In this document: piece by piece, positions 9,132 through 15,373 of the stretch
How positions within the stretch are numbered: the stretch's first letter is position 1
Layout of the letters: each line of letters begins with the position of its first letter
Assembly: GCA_007129775.1 (NCBI GenBank)
Contig: SKUV01000260.1
Span: 1-36,456 of the forward strand
Direction of reading: 5' to 3'
DNA: 36,456 nt
From: Paracoccaceae bacterium
GTDB taxonomy: Bacteria; Pseudomonadota; Alphaproteobacteria; Rhodobacterales; Rhodobacteraceae
Notes under the pieces: generated by a model
What the model was told of the DNA's origin: nothing
The model's database searches: none
Seen by the model: the letters and a program-made list of their open reading frames with translations, nothing else
Position numbers and translations under genes: made by a program

Positions 9132-9590
9132 TCAGATCGCCCGCAGCAGCGCCTTCAGATCCGGCTCCTGAACCATTTTCGCCGCGCGCGACGGTGTGAC
9201 CCATTTGCGCCTGCGCTGCCCGGCTTCCTTGAAATCGTCGTCGATGCCCGTCACGTCCACCCGGTAAACATACACCTGACACCGCAGCCCGAGGCCGCCG
9301 TCGGTCATCTTGCGGCCGAAATAGCTGCCCACCGGCTCTGCGCTGACGTACCCGCGCACGCCGGCCTCTTCCCACGCTTCGCGCGCGGCGGCTTCGGCGA
9401 GGGTCTTGCCCTTCATCGGCCAGCCCTTTGGCAATATCCAGCGCCCCGTACCGCGCGATGTGATCACAAGCACCTCGCGCCGCTTGCCCTTTTGCCGCAG
9501 GCAAAGGGCCGCGGTCTGCAAATGTGCAGGCCGGCGCAGCATAGGCACAACAAACTGCGCCAGATTCTGGGCGATCGTCTCGTGGATCAT
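9132..9590 (-). CDS. NUDIX hydrolase (DIPP/Ap6A-hydrolase-like)
   Basis: ITSRGTGRWILPKGW and Nudix box AAAREAWEEAGV; start taken as ATG 9590 (uncertain). Confidence 0.88.
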   Translation of the reverse strand: MIHETIAQNLAQFVVPMLRRPAHLQTAALCLRQKGKRREVLVITSRGTGRWILPKGWPMKGKTLAEAAAREAWEEAGVRGYVSAEPVGSYFGRKMTDGGLGLRCQVYVYRVDVTGIDDDFKEAGQRRRKWVTPSRAAKMVQEPDLKALLRAI

Positions 9591-9712
9591 CTGTTCGCGC
9601 GCTCTCAGGTCCCTCACAGATAACGACCGATCCTGTTGATTCAATGACAGATCGCGCCGCCGGGCAACCGGCGGCAGCAGTTGTGACCGCGTTGCCGCAA
9701 AAGGCGGCGCTT

Positions 9713-10138
9713 TCAGGAATCGTCCTCCTGCACCCGGCCGCGCAGTGACTTGACGCGGCCGCGCGCGGTCTTGGCGGCGATGCGCCGGCGCTGGCTGCCG
9801 AGGGTGGGGCGCGTGGCGATCCGGCGTTTCGGGGCGGCAAGCGCTGCGCGCACCAGTTCGGCCAGCCGTTCGCGCGCGATTTCGCGGTTGCGGGCCTGAC
9901 TGCGCGTGTCCTCTACCCGGATGATCACTGCGCCGTCCTGCGTCCAGCGCCGGCCGGCCAGCCGCCGCAGCCGGGTCTTGACCGGGGCCGGCAGGTTCGG
10001 GCTGCGCGCCGCCTCGAAGCGCAATTCGACCGCGGTGGAGACCTTGTTCACGTTCTGCCCGCCGGGGCCGGAGGCGCGCGTGAAGGTCTCGGTCATCTCC
10101 CAGTCGGCCAGCGTGATGGTGTCATCTATGCGCAGCAT
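9713..10138 (-). CDS. arfB: Alternative ribosome rescue peptidyl-tRNA hydrolase ArfB
   Basis: SGPGGQNVNKV (GGQ), RSQARNR and basic tail RRIATRPT..RR..K. Confidence 0.95.
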   Translation of the reverse strand: MLRIDDTITLADWEMTETFTRASGPGGQNVNKVSTAVELRFEAARSPNLPAPVKTRLRRLAGRRWTQDGAVIIRVEDTRSQARNREIARERLAELVRAALAAPKRRIATRPTLGSQRRRIAAKTARGRVKSLRGRVQEDDS

Positions 10139-10182
10139 GGCTTGTCTTTCGCGGCGTTTCTTTCGGGTGGCCGGCTGTCTCG

Positions 10183-10217
10183 AAGGAAAGGGCCGCCCCG
10201 GCGAACGGAGCGGCCCT
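10183..10217 (-). terminator. Intrinsic terminator on the minus strand
   Basis: AGGGCCGCUCCG-UUCGC-CGGGGCGGCCCU-UUCCUU; 12-bp stem whose single mismatch is a U-G wobble only on the minus strand. Confidence 0.75.
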
Positions 10218-10289
10218 CACGAGCTTTACAGGAGATGGGCCGGTTAGGAGCCATGGCCCAATCGGATGGTGCGCCCCTCGGGGCTGCCC

Positions 10290-10346
10290 TCAGGCCGCGT
10301 GCCCTCCGACTGTTCCGACACCTCTCTCCAACATCACTCTCGACAC
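10290..10346 (-). CDS. Putative 18-aa peptide MSRVMLERGVGTVGGHAA
   Basis: AAAGGAGG SD 7 nt before GTG 10346; TGA at 10292-10290. Confidence 0.6.
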   Translation of the reverse strand: MSRVMLERGVGTVGGHAA

Positions 10347-10383
10347 TGGACCACCTCCTTTCGACTGGTTGCTGTTAACCTGA

Positions 10384-10411
10384 AGCGTGGCACAGATTTC
10401 GTGTTTGTCAA
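10384..10411 (-). promoter_or_regulatory. Putative sigma70 promoter of the small RNA/sORF
   Basis: Perfect TTGACA (10411-10406), 16-nt spacer, CACGCT (10389-10384). Confidence 0.55.
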
Positions 10412-10417
10412 AAGAAA

Positions 10418-11041
10418 TCATGCCGCAGATTGCGTTGCCCCCCGCACGATGAGGCGAAACGGCACCAGCGCAAGCAAAGCGATGGCCAGCTTCACCCCCC
10501 AGTCGGCCACCGCAAGCGACACCCAGAGCGGCACCAGCGGCCCAAAGCCCAGCATCGGCAGCATTTCCCCGGCCCATGAGACATCGTTGCCCGGCTCCAG
10601 CCAGATCAGACTGGCGGAAAAGGCGATGGTGAAGAACAGCGCCGTATCGACTGTGGAGCCGACGAGGGTCGAGGCCAGCGGCGCACGCCACCAAGGACCG
10701 GCGCGCAGCCGGTGAAAGATCGCCACATCCAGCAACTGCGCCGTCAGAAACGCGATGCCCGAGCCCATCGCGATGCGCAGCGTCACCAGCGGGCCGAATT
10801 CGCCCACGATCTGGGTGCCGATCAGCGAACAGGCAACGCCTGTGGCGAAACCCGCCCAGACCACCTTGCGCGCGGCGGCGGGGCCATAGAGCCGGTTCAT
10901 CAGATCGTTGACGAGAAAGGCGAGCGGATAGGTAAAGGCGCCCCATGTCAGCCATTGGCCGAACAGGAATTGCACGCCGATATTGGAGGCCACGACGATC
11001 GCGGCCATGGCAAGGATGCCGGGCAGATAGGTGCGGGACAT
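10418..11041 (-). CDS. yhhQ: Queuosine precursor transporter (YhhQ/VUT family)
   Basis: VVASN, TWGAFTYPLAFLVNDL, RIAMGSGIAFLTAQLLD and GSTVDTALFFTIAF motifs; ATG 11041. Confidence 0.9.
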   Translation of the reverse strand: MSRTYLPGILAMAAIVVASNIGVQFLFGQWLTWGAFTYPLAFLVNDLMNRLYGPAAARKVVWAGFATGVACSLIGTQIVGEFGPLVTLRIAMGSGIAFLTAQLLDVAIFHRLRAGPWWRAPLASTLVGSTVDTALFFTIAFSASLIWLEPGNDVSWAGEMLPMLGFGPLVPLWVSLAVADWGVKLAIALLALVPFRLIVRGATQSAA

Positions 11042-11093
11042 GATCTTTTCCGTTTTGGCAAGGTGGTCGGAGACTTGGTCGCCGGCAGGCGAC
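11042..11093 (-). promoter_or_regulatory. Candidate preQ1-I-like translational riboswitch
   Basis: 5' hairpin GUCGCC/GGCGAC, P1 CAAG/CUUG, loop UCCG pairing with CGGA (RBS) after an AAAA linker; upstream of yhhQ. Confidence 0.55.
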
Positions 11094-11098
11094 ACGCC

Positions 11099-11127
11099 CC
11101 TCTAGCGCCTTGCCGCGGCGGGATCAA
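11099..11127 (-). promoter_or_regulatory. Putative sigma70 promoter of yhhQ
   Basis: TTGATC-N17-TAGAGG, placing +1 near 11093 at the base of the leader hairpin. Confidence 0.55.
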
Positions 11128-11157
11128 GCGGCAGGTGCCGCGGCCGGCGCGCGCGCC

Positions 11158-12069
11158 TCAGCGGCCGATGCGGTATTCCACCCATTCGGTGGGCATCGCC
11201 GGGTTGCGGTTGTCATCCGAAATCATGGTCAGCACCAGCGCGCCCTGCCCGTCGCGCCAGACGGCAAGCCCTTCGAGGTTGCCATAGCGCCCGCGCGGGG
11301 TTTCCAGCACCACCTCGCCGCCGGTGATCGCGTCCTCACCGATGGCAAAACGGCGCACGCGGCTGCTGAACCCCAGAACCGGGACGAAATTGCGCTCCAG
11401 CAGATAGAACGCCCCGTCGGGGCCGAAGGCCGCACCGACGGGCAGATAAAGCATGGTGCGGGTGATGCGCAGCCGGTCGTCCCATGCCCCGTCGCGAAAG
11501 CGATAGACGGGATGGTCCCCGGCGCTCCAGCCACGGGGCGGCATCTCGGGCGTGGCGTAGATCGTACCGTTGGCGTCCATCGCCATCGCCTCGATCCCGA
11601 GGTTGTTGCGCAGGCGGGCGAAATCGGGGTGGCGGGGCAGCGCCTGCCCGGGGCCGCCCAGCCTGTCATAGACCTTGACGCGGTGGTCACGCTCGAAAGC
11701 GACGAAGATGCGGCCGTCGCGCGCCACCACCACCGATTCCGCGTCGGCGTCATCGTTGCGCAGGGGTTCACCGGCGGCATTGCGCAAGGGTTCGAACGCG
11801 TCCAGACGGACAGCCGTTATGCGCCCGGCGCCATCGCGTTGCAGGCTTCCCCGCCCGATCCGGCCATTGTCGGTGACAGTGACGAAGCCGCGCCCGTCAG
11901 TCATGTGCAGACCCGAGAACTCGCCGAATTCGGGCAGATCGCTGCGCCAGACATGGCGCCCGACAAACACCGCCGCGCCGGCATCATCCGCCCGCGCGCC
12001 GTCGGCCGGCAGAGAGGCGCCGCCGGCCGCACATGCGGCCAGCAGGGACAGGGCAAGCAGGGCCCTCAT
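11158..12069 (-). CDS. Esterase-like activity of phytase family protein, exported (possible lipoprotein)
   Basis: FGEFSGL, DAESV, NLGIEA, NLEGL and LTMISDDN motifs; signal peptide with LAAC. Confidence 0.8.
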   Translation of the reverse strand: MRALLALSLLAACAAGGASLPADGARADDAGAAVFVGRHVWRSDLPEFGEFSGLHMTDGRGFVTVTDNGRIGRGSLQRDGAGRITAVRLDAFEPLRNAAGEPLRNDDADAESVVVARDGRIFVAFERDHRVKVYDRLGGPGQALPRHPDFARLRNNLGIEAMAMDANGTIYATPEMPPRGWSAGDHPVYRFRDGAWDDRLRITRTMLYLPVGAAFGPDGAFYLLERNFVPVLGFSSRVRRFAIGEDAITGGEVVLETPRGRYGNLEGLAVWRDGQGALVLTMISDDNRNPAMPTEWVEYRIGR

Positions 12070-12968
12070 GGCGCGGCCAGCACCCCGGCGCAGGATTGCG
12101 GCAGATCGGCCATGGTGAACTGGCGCGGGTGGCGAGGCCGCGGGGCGGGCGGCGGCGCGTCGGGATCACGCGGCGGCGGGTTCAGAAAATCGGTCACCCA
12201 CCACATCAGCGTGTCGTCACAGCCGTCGCCGCCGTTCGACAGCTCCGCCACCGTGGGCGTCTGGGTCACGCATTCGCGCGACCCGGCCGGGCATCGCAGC
12301 CGGACGTGGAAATGAAAGTGATGGCCCGAAAAGGGGCGGATCTTTTGCAGCCATGCCCGGTCGGCCCGGGTGGCGGTGCTGCACATCTCGATCTTGACGG
12401 CGGCGGCGACAAAGATGCGATCCACCCGCGGGTCGCTGGCGGCGACGCGCAACAGCGCATGGTGCCGCGGGGTCCAGTTGGAATTGATGCTGCGCTGATC
12501 GTCGCTGCGCACCGAGATCGACGATATCCGCTCGCGCTCGGCCCGGCTCAGGTTAAGCCGCGCCGGCGGCAGCATCCAGATATCGGCATCCAGCCCGATC
12601 TGGTGGCTGGCATGGCCCGAGGTCATCGGCCCGCCGCGCGGCTGGCTGATATCGCCGATATAAAGCCCGTTCCAGCCGATGCGCTGGGCCTCGCCGCTCA
12701 GCCAGATCAGATAGTCGATCATGTCGGGATGGCCCCAGTTGCGGTTGCGCGACAGCCGCATCGCCTGCCAGCTCGGCCCCGTTTCCGGCAGTTGCACCAG
12801 CCCCGCGGCGCAGCCGCGCGCATAGCTGCCGATGGCGGCGGGGGCCTGCTGCGAGGCCGTGGGTTTCGCACCGAACAACCGGTTCGCCAGTTCCTGCGCC
12901 GCCCCCTGCGCCGGCAGGGTCAGCGCCAGCGCCAGCGCCGCGATCAGGATGCGGATGCCTGCTGCCAT
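12066..12968 (-). CDS. mepA: Penicillin-insensitive murein endopeptidase MepA
   Basis: IGSYARGC, RNRNWGHP, GGPMTSGHASHQIGLDADIW and HFHVRLRC motifs; signal peptide. Confidence 0.92.
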   Translation of the reverse strand: MAAGIRILIAALALALTLPAQGAAQELANRLFGAKPTASQQAPAAIGSYARGCAAGLVQLPETGPSWQAMRLSRNRNWGHPDMIDYLIWLSGEAQRIGWNGLYIGDISQPRGGPMTSGHASHQIGLDADIWMLPPARLNLSRAERERISSISVRSDDQRSINSNWTPRHHALLRVAASDPRVDRIFVAAAVKIEMCSTATRADRAWLQKIRPFSGHHFHFHVRLRCPAGSRECVTQTPTVAELSNGGDGCDDTLMWWVTDFLNPPPRDPDAPPPAPRPRHPRQFTMADLPQSCAGVLAAP

Positions 12969-14311
12969 GCCTCGTCCCTTTCTCCGTCGGGTTTGACCCA
13001 GATTAGCAGCACAAGCCCGATTAGAAAAAGCCCGATCAGCGGCAGAACGCCCATCCGCTGGCTTTCGGTGATCTGGGTGGCCAGCGCCACCGTCGCAGGC
13101 GCCAGAAAAGCAGTGGCCTTGCCCGAGAGCGCATAAAGCCCGAAAGCCTCGGTCATCCGCGCGGGATTGGCCTGCCGCACCATCATGTTGCGCGAGGCAG
13201 CCTGCAGCACCCCGCCCCCCGCGCCGATCACGCCGCCGCAGATGAAAAAGACGATATCGGGCCAGTCAGAGCCTTCGGCGACCGGGATCAGCAGGACCAT
13301 CGTGCGGTCGGTCGTCACCACGACAGAACAGACCGCGATCAGCGACAGGATCGCCACGATGATCACCGGCTTCGGCCCGAAGGCCCGGTCGGCCCGCCCG
13401 CCCAGCCAGCAAAAGACCGCCCCGGTCAGCGCCGCGGTGATCCCGAAGATGCCCAGCATCGTCACCGACCAGCCCAGCACACCGGCCGCATAGATGCCGC
13501 CGAAGGCGAAGACCCCGTTCAACGCATCGCGATAGAACATGCTGGAGCCCAGATAGGCCAGCAGGCTGGGGTATTGCGGCAGCCGTCGCAGGGTGCGCCA
13601 CAAGTCCGCCAGACCCTGCCGCACCACGCCCTTGCGCGGGGGCGACGGGGGGCGCACCGGCTCTGGCACCCACAGGAAAAACGGGATCACGAAGACCAGA
13701 TACCACAGGGCCGAAAACGGCCCCACCGCGCGCGTGCCCTCGCGCGCCTCGGCATCCAGCAGGCCGAACCCCGGCTCCAGCCCGAAAAACGTCCGGCCAG
13801 TGTCGCCCTCGGCCAGGAAGGCGAGCATCATCACCAGCGACACCATCCCCCCGACATAGCCGAAGGCCCAGCCGGAGCCCGAGATCCGGCCCAGTTCGAC
13901 GCGCGGGCCGAGGCTCGGCAGAAACGCATTGGTGAAGATGATGCCGAATTCCAGCCCGATCATGCCGATGGCAAAGGCCAAAAGCACGATCCAGAGCGCC
14001 TCCATCTCCGGCACCGCCCACCAGAGCCCGAAGGCACCGACCACATACAGCACCGACCACAGCACGATCCACGGCCGCTTGGGCCCCCCGCTGTCGGCGA
14101 TCGCCCCCAGAACCGGGGCGAGCATCGCAATCACCGCGCCGGTCAGCGCCAGCATCCAGCCCCAAAGCTGCTGCCCCGTCACCGGATCGGGTGCCACCGA
14201 GGCTGCGAAATAGGGGGCGAAGATGAAGGTCAGCAACAGGGTGTTATAGGGCTGGTTGGCCCAGTCGAAGAAAAACCACCCCCAGATGCGCCGCTTTTCT
14301 GCGCTTTTCAT
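12944..14311 (-). CDS. MFS transporter (UMF1/Atg22-like)
   Basis: GWFFFDWANQP, PVLGAIAD, GRISGSGWAFGYVGG and FGLYALSGKAT motifs; about 12 hydrophobic segments. Confidence 0.88.
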   Translation of the reverse strand: MKSAEKRRIWGWFFFDWANQPYNTLLLTFIFAPYFAASVAPDPVTGQQLWGWMLALTGAVIAMLAPVLGAIADSGGPKRPWIVLWSVLYVVGAFGLWWAVPEMEALWIVLLAFAIGMIGLEFGIIFTNAFLPSLGPRVELGRISGSGWAFGYVGGMVSLVMMLAFLAEGDTGRTFFGLEPGFGLLDAEAREGTRAVGPFSALWYLVFVIPFFLWVPEPVRPPSPPRKGVVRQGLADLWRTLRRLPQYPSLLAYLGSSMFYRDALNGVFAFGGIYAAGVLGWSVTMLGIFGITAALTGAVFCWLGGRADRAFGPKPVIIVAILSLIAVCSVVVTTDRTMVLLIPVAEGSDWPDIVFFICGGVIGAGGGVLQAASRNMMVRQANPARMTEAFGLYALSGKATAFLAPATVALATQITESQRMGVLPLIGLFLIGLVLLIWVKPDGERDEAWQQASAS

Positions 14312-14413
14312 GCCTGCCCCTTTTCCACCCGGTCAGGGAACGCGAAACGGCGCGCCGGTGCAATTCACAAACGCCACGGGCGCGGGCGTGGCGCGCGCCT
14401 CGTGTCCCGGCCG

Positions 14414-14986
14414 TCACGGCTTGGCAGCAGTCCCGGGGCTGCCGGTGTCTTGGGGTGTGACCTCGGGCGGCCATGGGCGCAGGGCCTCGGCCGCGATCCA
14501 GGCCGTCACCCAATCCGGCATCGGCGGGCTATCGGCGGTATGGCCCATCGCCGCGATGGCCCGCGCCGGCGCCACGATGCCGCCCGGCGCGGTGACCGCA
14601 CCGCGGGCCAGCATCTGCGTGGTGCAGATCCCGCGCCGCCAGAGCGACTGATCCACATAGAAGAAACGCTCATCCCAGCCGACCAGCCGGCTGACCATGT
14701 CGAGCCTGTCGAAGGCGCGCACCCGCTGGCGGTAGCGCACCGACACCCCGGCCAGCGCCGCACCCCAGCCCTGTGCGCGCATCGCGTCGGCAAGCCCCAT
14801 CCGCGCGAAGGCCGGCACCCGGCCCATATCAAAGAGCGTCAGCGTGCGCCCGTTGTTCAGCTCGGCCCACGGGTCCAGATCCCACGGCCAGCAGATGTGC
14901 CGCGAGCGGTGCACCGCGAACAGGGGCAGTGGCGGCGCGCGGCGCGCGCGCCAGATGTGAAAACCGAAGCGGAAAAGCGGATACAT
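14414..14986 (-). CDS. Thioesterase-like (hot-dog fold) protein
   Basis: CWPWDLDPWAELNNGRTLTLFDMGR and GWDERFFY motifs; start taken at MYP (ATG 14986). Confidence 0.85.
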   Translation of the reverse strand: MYPLFRFGFHIWRARRAPPLPLFAVHRSRHICWPWDLDPWAELNNGRTLTLFDMGRVPAFARMGLADAMRAQGWGAALAGVSVRYRQRVRAFDRLDMVSRLVGWDERFFYVDQSLWRRGICTTQMLARGAVTAPGGIVAPARAIAAMGHTADSPPMPDWVTAWIAAEALRPWPPEVTPQDTGSPGTAAKP

Positions 14987-15060
14987 GGGACGCGGCATCG
15001 CAAGGCCGGCCCGACGCGTCAAGCCTGCCTTGGCGTCAGGTCGCGCGGGGCGTCCCTGAA

Positions 15061-15373
15061 CAGGCTGCTGAAAAACTGGATCGAGCAATTGTCTGCAAGG
15101 AAACTGCTTCTGTGCTGACATCCGGTCGGGGCGAAGAGGGCCGCGACCGACCCTGGCAGGGCGCGTCGGACCGTTGGTAAGGGTGCGCTTTATGCCTGCC
15201 AAGCAACTCCAAGTGTTGTGGAAGGCGAGACGTTGCAATGCGCCCTCCCGAGGGGAGGGTCGGGCGCTGGCCGGGCTGGCCGCCCGGGCGGGGCACTTGG
15301 CCAGCGTAGCGCAGACCAGTTTCCCGATGCCGACGACGAAACCGGCGTGGCGGGAGACTTTCGCAACAGCCTG
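15061..15373. mobile_element. MITE-like non-autonomous element (~313 bp)
   Basis: Imperfect terminal IRs CAGGCTGCTGAAAAACT / CAGGCTGTTGCGAAAGT (13/17); flanks TGAA and TTAA; no transposase; internal palindrome. Confidence 0.6.
15240..15267. repeat. REP-like GC-rich palindrome inside the MITE-like element
   Basis: CCCTCCC-GAG-GGGAGGG hairpin, with alternative GCGCCC/GGGCGC pairing. Confidence 0.55.

Larger units (their letters stand above)
10183..10378 (-). ncRNA. Putative ~190-nt structured small RNA / sORF transcript
   Basis: Bounded by a TTGACA promoter and an intrinsic terminator; several internal stems; 5' end inferred. Confidence 0.6.

Noticed and set aside
10346-10362. Possible 16S rRNA gene fragment
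   Set aside because: Similarity is limited to 17 nt and the flanks are not rRNA or ITS-like; better read as an extended SD.
10183-10378. tmRNA, 6S, SRP, RNase P or SECIS identity for the small RNA
   Set aside because: No tRNA-like ends, ANDN-type tag or other hallmark motifs. The hairpin after UGA is not sufficient evidence for selenocysteine recoding.
10290-10955. 221-aa minus-strand ORF overlapping yhhQ
   Set aside because: Alternative frame of yhhQ; only its last 18 codons have an SD, and these are reported as the sORF.
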